64,000 nucleotides of DNA from Octopus vulgaris (lineage: Eukaryota), in assembly GCA_951406725.2 (NCBI GenBank), contig OX597822.1:91574001-91638000 (forward strand), given 5' to 3'. The number at the start of each line of letters is the position of its first letter. Within the stretch, counting starts at the first letter, position 1. Of this stretch, positions 12,152 through 26,194 are shown piece after piece. The notes below the pieces were generated by a model, which was given only the letters and a program-made list of their open reading frames with translations, was not told the origin of the DNA and ran no database searches. A program made the position numbers and the translations under genes.

Positions 12152-12414
12152 CACACACACACACACAGGTGAGCACATAAGTGCAAAACAAGGTGGAAAA
12201 AAAATAGTACCCGAATACCAAAGGTAGAGTAATATGCTTTTACTAAACCTGCAAAATTATTTTAAAAAACTGTTATTCAGAACTTCATGTTTTAGTTCAT
12301 TGGATAGGTGTGATGAAAACTGTCCATCAAATAGGAACATGAAACCCTGAGCAACAGGTTTTGTGATAATTTTGCAGCTTTAATAAAAGTATATGTGTGT
12401 GTGTGTATCTATAA

Positions 12415-12486
<72 letters not shown>

Positions 12487-13082
12487 GTTTATTATGGATT
12501 TCCTCTAATGCATGCACAATGATATACAGTTACCAGCCATTGCTAGCTGAAGCATACCATCACATATATATGTCCCAACGAATTTCTTCCCTAACTCAGA
12601 GTCATGGATATTTTTTAATGAAATTTTCTACAAATATGTTTCTGATGGTGTAGATTCAGATTATATTGAAGTTTGTTGTGATTATAAATTTTTTGAAAAA
12701 AATGTGATGAGTGTCAGTATGTAAGTGTGCTATCCCACCAAATTTCATTTCCAGATTAAATCTAATCATAATCTGCACACTCTGAAAGATTTTTGCTGAA
12801 ATCTTCATTTAAAAATATCCACTTTTCCAAAAGTTATGAGGAAAGAAAGCCAACTCATGTGAATTCAGACTTAATTGAAATAGTCATCATCCTAAGCATA
12901 TTTGTAAAAAGTTTCAATGCAAAATATCCATTTTCTGGAAGTTATGAGGAAACAAAGTCAGTGGAGAACATTTGAGTATGTATATCCATTGCTTTATGCA
13001 TGTATGAGGCAACTAGAAAGAACTCTACATGGTAGCTAGATTTTATAGGAATAGCATCTCAATATCCCTCAAATCTGAGTAA

Positions 13083-13254
13083 GCAGCTGGAGTTCACTGC
13101 AGCATACTTCACATATGTGAAGGATATCGAGCTGTAGAAACTCTGCCAGATCAGGCTGGAGCCTAGTGCAGCCATCTGGTTCACTAGTCCTTAGTCAAAT
13201 TGTCCAACCCATGCTAGCATGGAAAGCAGATGTTAAACGATGATGATGATGATG
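13083..13254 (+). mobile_element. RTE LINE 3' tail fragment
   Basis: GCTGTAGAAACTCTGCCAGATC...CCAACCCATGCTAGCATGGAAAGC..(GAT)n. Confidence 0.8.
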
Positions 13255-13345
13255 TTATATATACATATATACACACACAAACATACATACATAAACACAT
13301 ATAGCTTTTTTTTATACAAGTGTTCATCACATGCTTTGTACATAC

Positions 13346-13378
<33 letters not shown>

Positions 13379-13459
13379 AACATACATACATACATACATA
13401 CATACATACATACATAAACACATATAGCTTTTTTTTATACAGGTGTTCATCACATGCTT

Positions 13460-13508
<49 letters not shown>

Positions 13509-13534
13509 GTACACACAAAATGATCTAAATCCAT

Positions 13535-15600
13535 ACATATTTCTGAGAGTGGCTTTTATCCTTCCACCCATTGGCTCTGGTGGCTTTGCAATCAGCCCAA
13601 ATTTATTCAGATGTCTCACAACCTTTGTGGTAGGCACTACAGTCTTGTCCACTAAGATGTCATCTATATAAGAATTGGTGACCCTTCTTATCCTATCCAC
13701 CTTTCCTAGGATAGATTTGAGCACTGTTGCCATGATCTTTGGCACAAAATTCAGCCTGAAACCCAGCCTAGGCAGATACTATGTCGCCCTTGTATCACAT
13801 CAGCTGATACTGCCACAGTTTGTCACTCACACGGAGCTGCAAATATGCTGACTTCAAGTTGACAATCATCACTGCCTTAGTTGACTGTCTCCATACGTGC
13901 AGCATCTCACCACAGAACTCAGTTGTCTCACCATCTGGGTGGCATGATACCTGGCCATTCATTTCCTCAAAGTCCAGCACTGGTCCGACTTTGCCCTTTG
14001 TTGGCTGCTTCACTGCCATTAGCAGTAGCACTCTGCTCACCACTTCCTCCTTTCATGGAATAAGGACACCTTCCTTAATCCACCTTTCTACCTCTTCTTC
14101 AAACTCACTCTTGGCATGTCCTTTCAGGGTATGCTGGTAGCAGCTCAACCTGTTCTTCAGTATCTGGGGCTCCTCTTTCCAGCACCGCTTTATTGTTCAC
14201 TGCTGACCATCGAATGCCACCCCAAAATCCTTGTCTTCAATGGTGTAAGCAGTGCAGCCCCTCACGGTGCTTTGCTCCCTCTCACATTCCTGACTCACAG
14301 CGCATGGCACCCCCATGCCACCAAACAAAACCATGTCTCCTCCAACACTGACACCTCCAAGGCGGTTGATCGCATCCATTCCCATTACCACATCAATCCC
14401 ATCTACCATGTGGTCGATCATGATTGTCCGCAGCCTTAGTGTTGTGTCTTGCACAACTATCTCCATGTCACTGCTACCCTTGCATTCAATTTTACTACCC
14501 ATCCCCTTCCATTTCTTTATCACCCTCGGAGTCATGAGAGACGTTGTGCAGCTCGTATCCATGAGGGCCTTGAATATCTTTCCCTTGACCATGACCTCAA
14601 CTCTTGGCAGTGGCTGCACAAGCACTTTTACCTATTCGTGAGGGAAGTTTGAGAGGCAGCAACTTCCCTGCAGTCTTTTCCCAAACCACAATTTTGGGCG
14701 ACATGCTCAGTCTGTTTGCACCAGTAGCAAACGGGTCTGGGCTCTGCACAGTCCCTTGCCATGTGTGGTCCCTGGCACTTAAAACACCAGCCTGTGAATG
14801 GCTGCTGTCGTTCCACGGCAGGTTTCTTTGTCTTTCACCAGTCAACGTGCAGTGTTGCGGGCTTCCGCAACTGCCACCACTACTGCCTTCTGCCTGGTGT
14901 TTTGTGTTAACACACAGGCTTGAATGATGAGCTCATTCATCACCATTTTTTTGCCACCAGGCAATTGTTGTAGCTGCACCGACACATCGTTGGGAAAGCC
15001 ATTCACAAAAGCCAGTCGCGCTGCCTTCTCCAGCCACCCTCTGGTAAAACCAGACAGCATAGCCAGCCTCTGTACCTCTGCAGCATATTCATTAACCTGT
15101 TCTTCTGTCCATCTGACCATTCCCAGCTTAGCAAAAGCAGTGTACTCTCCCTCTGTGTAAGCCTCTCTCAAGTGCTGCTTGATCTTTGCCACACTCAGTT
15201 GATCTTCATCCATTTCGAGGTACGGTGCCAGCGCACTCCCCTCCAAATACAGCACCATGAGGCTTGCTACATCGTCGGTGCCATGCAGCCTGGCCACAAC
15301 ATCGACCTTTCAAATTCAGACTACTACGTCTCCTTTGCCATAGAAAGGTCTGATGACATCATTTCCGATCCTTATCTTCGCTGCCTTTATGTAGTAGGGG
15401 ACAACAACATCTGTATTTGACTGCCGAAATAGCTTGTCGTGCATGGGAAAATAAGAAGAGGTTCACCTACCTTCTTCTTGTCGATGCCTGTCTAGCAGTA
15501 ATCTCTCTGATGGTCCTGCTCTACTCCCGTCGCCCAGTATAAGCAGCTGCTATATGACCAAACCTGGGAGCGAGTACACTAACATCTGTCGACAACACCT
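13535..15600 (-). mobile_element. Decayed Ty3/Gypsy LTR retrotransposon (gag, protease, partial RT)
   Basis: Gag-like ORF 15297-14842. Two CCHC knuckles (CFKCQGPHMARDC, CYWCKQTEHVAQNC). Protease ALMDTSC. RT motifs LKSAYLQ and YIDDILV. Possible LTR at ~15390-15590. Confidence 0.9.
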
Positions 15601-15943
15601 CCGACGGGGCAAAAGAGGCTGATGCTTGCCCCTCTATCCCCACTACCCCTCTTGCGCTTCCTCTTCTGGTCAACCCATGACCATTCACGTTACGACCCTC
15701 TTCTTCCAGCTCATCCCCACACGTACTTTTAAATTTTTTAACAGTGATCTTTTCTATATATGTAAAGGCTTTTCCAAATAAAATTGTACTTCATTTTAGA
15801 AGCTTCGAGGAAATTAAAAGGTGGTGCATAAACACACTCAGTTATGAGTGCAATATATCTGTAAGCTAATAAAATTCATTGCATAATTTCCAATTCACTT
15901 GTTATTTATCAATCTCTTGTGTGTGAGTGTGTGTGTGTGTGTG

Positions 15944-17250
15944 TATCATCATCATCATCATCATCATCTTTTAATGTCCATTGTCCATACTGGCATGGGC
16001 TGGATGGTTTGACCAGGGCTGGTAAGCTGAGGGGCTGCACCAGACTCCAGTCTGATTTGGCCTGGTTTCTATGGTTGGATGCTCTTTCTAGTGCCAACCA
16101 CTCCAAAAGTGTAGTAGATGCTTCTATGTGCCACCCGCACGAGTGCCAATTGTTTGACACCAGTATCTGTCATGACTACACCTTCACTTGGCTTTATGGG
16201 TCTTCTTCTCAAGCACAGCATATTGTCTAGGATCTTGGCCATTTATCAATGTCTCCATGAAGCTCAATGGTCAAAATGTGCTTTTTACATGCCAGATACG
16301 CAACACTGGTATTGACCACATTGCCTCTGTGAGGCCCAACACTCGCCAGGTGCTTTTTATGTGCCACTAACCTCGAAAGGTACTTTTTATGTGCTAGTTA
16401 TGCGACACTGGCATCAGCCACATTGCCTCTGTGGGGCCCAACACATGATAGGTGTTTTTTACATGACACCAGCATCAAGTACACTGCCTCCGTGAGGCCC
16501 AGTGTTTGAAAGGTGCATTTTCCGTGCCAGTAACGTGACACTGGCATTGGTCATGACAATGGTTTCACTTAGCTTGACAGGTCTTCTCAAATATGGCATA
16601 TTGTCAAAGATCTTGGTCACTAGTCATTGCATCTGTGAGGCCCAGCATTCGAAGATCATGCTTCACCACCTTGTCCCATGTCTTCCTGGGTCTACCTCTT
16701 CCACAGTTTCTTCCCACAGTTAGAGATCAGCACTTCTTTACACAGCTGTCCTCGTCCATATGCATCACATGACCATATCAGCACAGTCACCTCTCTTGCA
16801 CACTGCACCTGATGCCTCTTATGTCTAACTTTTCTCTCAAGATGCTTGCACTGTCATACATGTACACTGACATTGCACATTTAATGAAGCATGCTAGCTT
16901 CATCGCTTTCAAGACTACACATGTCCTTGGTGGTCACAGCCCCTGTATCACTGTTGTGTAGCACAGCTGTTCATATATAGGCATCATACAATCTGCTTTT
17001 CACTCAGAGGGAGGCCTCTTTCTTGCCAACAGAGGTAAGAGCTCTCTGAACTTTCCCAGCCTATTCTTATTCTTGCATCCACCTCCACCTCCACCACTGC
17101 CTTGGTCACCTAGATAATGGAAGCTATCAACTACCTCTAGTTTACCCCAATGACATTTGATGGAGTCTATTTTCTGTACATTTTTAGTGTTTATTGTACC
17201 TATGCACCTTCCACACAGAAAACCTATTTTCCTAGTTAACCTTGCCACTG
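15944..17250 (-). mobile_element. Decayed RTE LINE 3' part
   Basis: Minus strand CGRC..KLEVVDSFHYLGDQ and FRELLPLL, 3' UTR with GGCAC..AAAAAGCAC motifs, (GAT)n tail at ~15945. Confidence 0.88.
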
Positions 17251-17352
17251 GCAAATTTTTCTGCAATAACATGGATGTTTTATCCTGTTCATGCTATCCT
17301 GTTAGCATTATTCTGAGTTTGAGAATCAATTATTTCTGCATATATACATATA

Positions 17353-17388
<36 letters not shown>

Positions 17389-17479
17389 TGTATGTATGTA
17401 TGTATGTATGTATGTATGTATGTATGTATGTATGTATGTATTTATTAAATGGATTTGTGAGCTGGCACTTCCTCAAGCT

Positions 17480-17720
17480 CTAAGTATAGCTCTTCCATTT
17501 CAATCGTCTTTGCTAGTATTTTTGGGAGCATAGGTCAGGATGATCTTTAGGGTGGCATTTTCTGAGAGATGAACATCTAGCACTTCAATCTGTGAAGAAG
17601 ACAATTGGTAGGAAATGATTTTCGAAGCATATTCTTCGTTTATGATGAATCCTATACTGTTTGTTCTCTTGAACTTTTTGCTTTTTCCAGTCTCACAACA
17701 CTTCCATCTGTCCATCTCAC
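17480..17720 (-). mobile_element. LINE APE-endonuclease fragment
   Basis: GFIINEEY...LKIILTYAP resembles the GVGF...VYAP motifs of APE domains. Confidence 0.6.
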
Positions 17721-18499
17721 ATTTATTTCTTTCCTTCAAAATAATAAAGAAGTACCAATTGCTAAATGTGGTCAGAACTAGTGGAAGAGAAAGACCCATG
17801 ACATGGGATGAAGTGGTTAAGGCTGACCTCAGGATCTTGATCCTGATGGAAGAGATGACAAGGAACCAAGATGTCTGGTGACATGATGTTCTCAAAAAAG
17901 ACTTTCCCTCATCAGCAAAACTGACAATACATTGTACTTCTGGAAGTGCAATGTATTGTACTCATCACCCATGTTACAGGGACTCAACCCCTTCCTCCCA
18001 TGTATTAGGCCTGCTTCGTTTTCCCTCAGCTCCTGTAGACTATCCAACTATATCATTCTTCTCTCTTGTCCTCCACACTGGCAACTGTATCATCTTTACT
18101 GCTCCTGCTGCTCTCCACCACCACTCTCTTCTCCTATGACTCATGGCTCTTTGCTCATCTATCTTTGAACCTTACGTATTTTCCTTCCCACACATTTTTG
18201 CAAATTTATTCTTTAGCTCACCTTGTACCTTGTGCAACTACCTAGGCACTTCATTGCCATTATCTATCTCTTGCTAATCCTACTGTTCATTTTCTGTTTC
18301 CATACCCTTCTCCTATTAGATGTGAGTAGCCATGCAAATCCTCTTCAAGAACCTGCATTACTACTCCACCCTTGTTTAATCCCCTTGTCCCCTAGCATGA
18401 AGCTCTCCACCTGCTGGGGTTTGTAGTGGTGTAATCTGCATGGTGACCTCAATAATGTGTGAATTTGGTTACTCTCAAAATAATTTGGCAGAGCTTCAG

Positions 18500-18702
18500 A
18501 ATAATCACCCCAGAGTTTCGAAATAAAAAAAAGCATCCAGTCCATGTTGCAAAGTGCTTGGTGTTAGGAAGGGCATCCAGCCATAGAAACCATGCCAAAA
18601 CAGACATCCGAGCACTATGTAATCCTTGAACACATTGGATCCAGTCAAACCATCCAACTCATGCCAGCATGGAGCATGAATGTTAAATGATGATGATGAT
18701 GA
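18500..18702 (+). mobile_element. RTE LINE 3' tail fragment
   Basis: GGTGTTAGGAAGGGCATCCAGCC...CATGCCAGCATGG..(GAT)n. Confidence 0.8.
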
Positions 18703-20597
18703 GTACTGTTACATCAAATTTGATTTTCTTATATGTAAGTGAGATGCACACAGTAAAAAACATAAACAACGAGATAGTAATTTTGAAATTTTTTCATAAA
18801 ATCTAATTTCCTATGTTAAAAACAGAATTCAGAAAAAAAATTCAAAAATGAAAAAGCTACAGCAAGAAAAATGAAAAATTGACATTTTGAAAGTATTCTT
18901 TTCCAGAATTATTACCTCAATGTTTAAAATATGTAAATTCAGAAAAAATTATTGAGAAATGGTCAAAATTGAAAATGGTTGTGCACTCTAAAATGGAGGA
19001 GCAGTGATAAAAAACCTCCTGAAATTTCAAAAGACCTTTTTTGCAGACCTAACTCTAATGTTTAAAGCATGGAAATCTGAAATAGTTGTCCTCTTTCCCA
19101 CAAAAATTTTAAGGGTGGTGTTAGTTGGTTGATTATTTTGAAATGCTGTCAAATTATTTTGAGGGTAACCAAATTCATACATAAAAGTTTTACTTAGTTT
19201 TTCCTACAGAGAATGTATAAAAGGAATTATAGGATGAGCACCAAGTAAAAAATTAGATGAATGTCTCCAAGTTGATGCATGTTGAAATTCCTGTAGCAGT
19301 CATTAATCACAAGAACTCTATATTAGAAATATTTGCCTTTATATTTTAGAATTTGCTTCATTATAAATATTGCATGGTACAAAATACAAGTACTTTATGT
19401 CTTGCTCAACATGATATGTGATATATATGTATGTATGTATGCATGTATACACACAGACACACACACGCACACACACACATTCATACACACATGCACACAC
19501 ACATACACCACTTGTTTAATCAATTTCAGTATCCACATTGAAATAATGTGTAATTAAGTGAGTATTCCACAAATCTATGCACCTTTAATTCAATTTTCAA
19601 GCTGTATCAGCATGCACCTATAGTAAATGACACTTAAACAAGACATTATGCAGTGAAATACAACAAGAGGCCAAATGATTACCAAGCAAACTTCTTAACT
19701 GCTCGACCATACCTGCAACCTCATACATATATACATATGTGCATATGTGCGATTTTACTGAAAGCTGAAAACTCCAATAATCTTTACTCTGAGTTTCTTG
19801 CTTCTAATCATCAAATGAAAATCATCTAATGAAATAGAATATTTAGAAAATATTTGAAAGCAACTGTAACAGATTATACAAAAATCAAAGTGAATATTAT
19901 ATATTGATTGGGTGGATCTTGTATAGAGGAGTTCATCACATGACTCAGAGGAGGAAAAAAATTAAATGGGGGAAGTAGGCTAAGAGATGAGAGGAAGAGA
20001 AGTAGATCAGAAATGTAAGAGTAAAAAATGGAAGAAAAAGGAAAGGGGAAAAGTGAAAGGAAGAAATTAAGGAGAAAGAAGGAGATACAAAAGAAGAGCA
20101 AAAAAAAAATACCGAATTTCTAATAGAACACCAGAGAAGCAGGAAGAATATACAATAGAGAAATTACACAAAAAATTGTAAACAGTGGGCAAGCTCCATT
20201 CAATCAATATTCAATATTTGCCTTGATTTCTTTTTGTGAATGATTGTCTTTAAATATCTTCCAAATGTTTTATTTTGTTTAAATTAATTCAAATTTAAAA
20301 TAAGTAACTTGGAGTAATAATTTGTGAAATTTTCAGCTTTCAATAGATCAAATATGTAACTCTATTTTTAGTAGTGAGTACTCCCTCCTTGTTCATACTT
20401 ATATGTTTGTGCACACGTACATGTGCATGTGCGCTTGCACACACACACATACACACATATATTCATACACACAGTATAGTAATGTCCATTGTTAATGTTG
20501 GTATATGTATGATATGAATACTGTCTGTGTATTCAATAGGCAAATATTAATTTAAAACTTTAAACAAAAAACTGAAATCTATATACTCATAAGAAGT

Positions 20598-20845
20598 CCA
20601 CTTCCCAACTGGCAGAAACATGCGGGCGGGCAGCTGAAGACCTGGGCTACGACGATCAAGGAGGACCTCTCCGTGCTCACGGGTCTGCAGGTGGTCGGCC
20701 TGCACCGATGAAACCATGAGTGGCTCGTGAACTGGCACAGGACCGTCGTGTGTGGGCTGCCATGGTTCGAGATGCCTCGAGGGTGGTAGAAGAAGCCAAC
20801 TCAACCCGCCCAGGGTGAATGTCACCACAAGTACAAGTAAGTATG
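20598..20845 (+). mobile_element. GC-rich 3' end of a second, distinct RTE-type LINE lineage
   Basis: Translates PNWQKHAGGQLKTWATTIKEDL...ELAQDRRVWAAMVRDA..STRPG*. Tail CAAGTACAAGTAAGTA. Putative 9-bp TSD ATAAGAAGT (20589-20597, 20846-20854). Confidence 0.8.
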
Positions 20846-22079
20846 ATAAGAAGTAGCTGAAGAATATAGTGAATTTTGACCACTATAGAGTTGAACTAAG
20901 TTCACAGCAAGCAAATGTATCAGTTTTAGTGACTTCATAACTGTTTTATTAATAAAATTGTTGACAAAAACGAAAACATTATACAATCTCATTTTCTTCC
21001 CTTGATAAATCTGAAGCCTTGAGATATGTAAGAGAGAGACTAATATTAAGCCCTGCTAATTCAGTAAAGACTAAACATAATCAGATAAGATAAGGAAGGT
21101 GAGTGTTATATGTGTGTGAACTAACTTATAATGTATATAATGTATATAATGTATATAACATAAACGTATATAATAACTTATAATAATTTTTTAAAATCCT
21201 AAGTTGTACATATCTGAGAAAGATAAAAATCATCCTAAACAGCAGCAAATGGACAATTTCTTTCATTTTCCAAAATGCATGTTTTCAGATGTAGTTTGTT
21301 CCATGCTGTAAATTTGCATTAGACAACCTTTGTGGAAACAACTCTCTTCTACAAGCATGCTGACACTAAATATTAAAACAAAAGTAGAAACAGGAGTTGC
21401 TATTTGCAAATTATTTTCCAGGATATTAGTGATATGGTATGCCTGCATGGTTAACAAGTCTGCTTTTACCATAGTCTCAGGATGAGCCAAGCCTTGTGAA
21501 TGAAATTAGTTAGATAGAAGGTCTGAACTTGTGATATGTTGTGTCACACTGATTCTACCCAAGGATTATGTAAAGAGTACATGTCTCTGTAGAATATTCA
21601 GCCCCTTACATGCATATTCAATGAGAAGGTTGATGGAACAACTGAATACTCATCATCAAAAAGATATGCTAAAGATCTATTTCTTCACTAGATGTTGACA
21701 TTTAATGACAGATTTGTAATTCTGCGACTATCACTCGATGGACTAAGACTAGTTTTGAAATGTTATGACTAAGTACAGAGATATAGTTAACCAAATCAAA
21801 TTTGTTATTAGGTATTTTTTTTATATAGAACTTATCTAATTTAATGCTTCAAACTAAGCATGATAAAGATAGTGCTAAATACTCAATATACTCAACCTTG
21901 AAAGCCATTTTACTTTTGGATCAAGTAAACGTTTGTTATACATGAAGTGAAGATGTGATAAGAGCTTATATATGTAACATCATAACTACTTAACTACATG
22001 TTTTTGACTGCTCCATTTCTGGAGGTGTTACTAATAATAGCATTAGTATCTTAAACAATACAGTTTCAACTTGGGTACT

Positions 22080-22281
22080 GATTTCAAATTTTGGCACAAG
22101 GCCAGTTAGTTTGGCGGGAGGGGAAAGTCAATTATATAAACCCCAGTGCTCAACTTGTACTTATTTTATCAACTCTGAAAGAATGAAAGGCAAAGACAAC
22201 CATTCTTGGAATTTGAACTCAGAACATAAAGGTGGATGAAATGCTGCCAGCCTGCTAAAGATTCAGCAAGCTTGCCACCTT
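22080..22281 (-). mobile_element. Old SINE (same family as 24226-24452)
   Basis: TACTTATTTTATC..GAATGAAAGGCAAAG..GGAATTTGAACTCAGAAC core. Confidence 0.7.
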
Positions 22282-23175
22282 AGCTTCAACTGTAATATTG
22301 ACTACAACACAAGATAGGTGTTCTGTCAAGTGTTGGACTATATTAGTATAACAGTGTAATAGTACAGTGGTTTAACAACATTTGTTTTCTAAAATGTAAT
22401 TTAATAACAATATTGATTTTCTATTAATTACTGAGAACAATAACATTGGCATTCAAGGAGCTAATGAAGACAACACTACACAATTATATAATATTGTGTT
22501 GGCATTGAAAAGTTTTTGTAACTGATAAAATAAATGGCTTACTAATTCTGTATGCTGTTGTAAAGCAATACTAGAAGCTCTATAACCACTGTATCTAACA
22601 GAGTGCAAGTAATTTATAAACTATTGAAAAACAATAGTTGTATGATTTTATCAGTAATACAATGTAGTTTCATCAGCTTTGCAAGAAATTTATTTCAAAT
22701 AATTTACAAGTTATCGGCAATGTTGGTGAAATTTAGTGAAATGTAAAGACTACTATAGACAATATTGTTCAGTGTGCCATGGACTATTACATACAACACA
22801 ACAGAAGTAATCCACTCACTAGCAGTTGTAGTGGAGAACATATCACAGAAGATATCAAAATAAAAGAAGTATTCTTTAGAAACTCCGAAAATTATATATA
22901 ATACATATCTTCAAGCAAAGGCATGATACTAAGTAATACCAATCTACATATGTGCAGAAGTAATGTAAATATACTTGGACAAATTTCAACAACATAAACT
23001 AGGTAATTTATTAAGGGACAATAGTTCTTTCAAACAAATCTTCAACCAGAGAACTTAATCTTACCTCAAATGTTTTTATATTTTTCTTTTTTTTTAATTT
23101 CATTTGTATTATTCCTATATCAAAAGGTAAACAATTGCTTTCTTTTACCCTTACTACAGCCATTACCTATATTTT

Positions 23176-23178
<3 letters not shown>

Positions 23179-23246
<68 letters not shown>

Positions 23247-23253
23247 CAATAAC

Positions 23254-23291
<38 letters not shown>

Positions 23292-23296
23292 TAATA
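23179..23296. repeat. (AAT)n microsatellite
   Basis: Seen directly. Confidence 0.97.
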
Positions 23297-23870
23297 TAGC
23301 CACTACAGTTACTTTCATTACAATCATCACTAGCACTACCACTACAAGAACAAAAGAAATTTTTACAATAGCAACAACTGTAATCTATACAAAAGAAAAA
23401 CCCACTATTAACAATTATAATTTCTTTTCACTAAGCACCATACTCTTTTTGTTAAGTAAAGTCGATTGAAGCAACTCCAGAATATATATCAATGATACTT
23501 ATTTTATTAATTCTACATGTTTAAAGAGCAATATTGACTCTGCTGAGATCTGAATCAGACAGCAAAATATTGAACAAAAACAAGAGAGTAAATCTTCAAG
23601 GACTGCCACAACAACAAAAATAACTACAATTAACTACATTGTTGGTAGAGGTAAAATTAGTAGTACTAGTACCAACAACAGCAATGGAAATATATATTTT
23701 ACTTTTGTGTTGCATAAGGAATGTTTTGCAGATAGAAGTGCATAAACTGAGTTGAGTAGTTTGCAAGGTATTTAATGCTGGGGGTAGGTAACATCTGCAA
23801 AATCTATTGCACTTATGTACTAGGGAACACTATATGGACAGATAAGGGGTCTACGTGAATGTAGGTGTAC

Positions 23871-23954
23871 CTTTTCAGAGTGAACAGTGTGCCTGTTAGC
23901 TTCTTGCAACGTCGCAAAGCTGACTCCAGTCGTTCAGGCTGATCTTTGAGAAAT
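23871..23954 (-). CDS. SRCIN1-like: Host gene exon F, AIP3/coiled-coil region (FLKDQPERLESALRRCKKLTGTLFTLKR)
   Basis: Acceptor ttttccag, donor gtacac, phase 2/2. Resembles the SRCIN1/KIAA1217 FLKEEPxRLxxLLKRC motif as I recall it. Confidence 0.92.
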
Positions 23955-24225
23955 CTGGAAAATGAAAAGAAACAAAGAAAAGGGATATAATTAATAATAA
24001 GTTTGAAAGAAAAGAAAGATGAATGTGTTATTGGCAATGATACATGTTTGTTACAGCTTCTAGAGTCACAAGAAAGCCATTGCTTAGCCCCTGTTTCATG
24101 GTATTATTATATTGGTGAGAAATATCTCTCTAGACAAGTGAATTGAGTAAAATTGAATGAAATGTCTTTTATCCAGAGGCCTTACAAAATATCTGCAGTA
24201 TATAGAACTTATGACCTGTAAACCT

Positions 24226-24452
24226 ATTTCTTTACTACCCACAAGGGGCTAAACACAGAGAGGACAAACAAGGACAAACAGATTAAGTCGATTATATCGA
24301 CTCCAGTGCGTAACTGGTACTTAATTTATCGACCCCAAAAGGATGAAAGGCAAAGTCGACCTCAGTGGAATTTGAACTCAGAACGTAACGGCAGACGAAA
24401 TACGGCTATGCATTTCGCCCGGCGTGCTAACGTTTCTGCCAGCTCGCCACCT
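24226..24452 (-). mobile_element. tRNA-derived SINE, young full-length copy
   Basis: Minus-strand head AGGTGGCGAGCTGGCAGAAACGTTAGCACGCCGGGCG, B-box GAGTTCAAATTCC, core GGGGTCGATAAATTAAGTACCAG. Confidence 0.88.
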
Positions 24453-25017
24453 TATGAACCATAAGCCAATAGTTCACATATATTATTAACTTAATCTTTC
24501 TTTTATTCATAATATTCCTAAGTTGAGAGTAGCTATTGGTTGGAAATCACTTTAGGAAATCATTTTCTATCTGAAGAGTTGCTAATTCACATCTTACCAC
24601 TTGTATTGTTCCTGTACTTTATAAACTATCAATGGTTTAGTTAACCTAGCTTTAATAGATACTACAAAGAGATCAGCCAGCTAGTGTTGTGAAAATTATA
24701 AAAAAATGCTTTTATTGAAGTTGTTATATGTTGAGATGCTATTAAGGTGCATAAATTCAGACAATGCTGATACCTCTTTCAAAAAGAATCATAACTGATC
24801 ATTTGCAATAATTAATTCAGTTGTTCACTCATTCATTTTATGTCCCTTTTCCCATGCTTGCATAGGATAAATATGCTATTTGAAGTACTGTTTTACAACT
24901 GGATGCTTCTTGATGCTAACCCTTTATGCCACTTAACTTTGAGGGCACAAAGTAACTGGGTAGTTTGTTGTCAGGTGAGAAACTGCCAACAAGCGACTGC
25001 AAATGTAAACAGACAAA

Positions 25018-25053
<36 letters not shown>

Positions 25054-25769
25054 CTCACATGCAAGCATGCACATGCACACAGCAGTTTTCTTTCAGTCTC
25101 CATCTATAAAATCCACTGACAAGGCTTAGGTCAGCTTCAAGCTATAACAGAAGAAACACTTCCCAAGATGTCATGTAGTAAGGCCAGATCTAACGGTACA
25201 TGGTTGGGAAGGGAACTTCTCAACCACTCAGCTATGCATGTACCTTAACTTTCATTGTAATAAACATAGAGAGAGTGGCTCAGGAAGAAAAAAAGTACAA
25301 AAAAAAAAGTAATGACCAGAAGTGACATTATTATGAGTGTATGAGTGTGTAATGGTGGACAGGAAGTAAGTGGAATAAAGGATTTCTTACAGAAAAGAGC
25401 AAGGAAAATAGAGGGTGGGAAGCTGATGTGTATTACTGTTAAGCATAGGTGAAGTTGTAAGTTGTATCTTTGTATGCATGTGTGCGAGAAACATTCCATA
25501 AAGATTGTGTGTGAGTGAATTGCAAATATATGAATGGATGTGTAGGTATTTGAATGTTTAACAGGTCATAATCAATCTCTGTATAAGTCTACATATGTGT
25601 GAGAGGGGTTGTGTGAGAATGTATGCATGCATGAGTACATGAGGTTTGAGCAGGGAATGAAGTAGGTGAATGTATGTGCATGTGTGTGTGTGTGTGTTTA
25701 GAAAGCCAGAGATGTATTCAGGAAAAATAATAATTATTGTGGAATTTAATAATGTTTAAATTTAATAAT

Positions 25770-26142
25770 TGTTTCTGTCATTTGACTGTTACTATGCTGG
25801 GCCACTGCCTTGAAGGTTTTTCAGTAAAACAAATTGACTTCAGGGCATATATTTTTAAGCCTAGTACTTATTCTATCAGTCTCTTTTGCTGACCCACTAA
25901 ATTATGGGTACATAAATACACCAGCACCAGTTGTCAAGCGGTGGTGTGAGCAAACATAGACACAAAGACACACACATAGGCATATATACAATGGGCTTCT
26001 CTCAGTTTCTATCTACCAAAACCACTCACAAGGCTTTGGTCAGTCTGAGGCTATAGTAGAAGACATTTGCCCAAGGTGCCATGCAGTGGGACTGAACCCA
26101 GGACTATGTGGTTGGGAAGCAAGCTTCTTACCACACAGCCAT
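25770..26142 (-). mobile_element. tRNA-derived SINE, ~50 nt downstream of the exon E donor
   Basis: Matches the 52784/59892 family in reverse. Confidence 0.88.
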
Positions 26143-26194
26143 GTTTCAGCCACAACTCTCAATATTTACCTTAGTAACAAGTTATTGTACTTAC

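Noticed and set aside
20113-20119. 7-nt AG/GT-bounded segment with a pyrimidine tract and TGC upstream (minus strand)
   Set aside because: Not frame-preserving and the donor is weak; it cannot be supported without reads.
20547-20883. GC-rich minus-strand ORFs as a host exon
   Set aside because: Better explained as a plus-strand RTE 3' end with tail and TSD.
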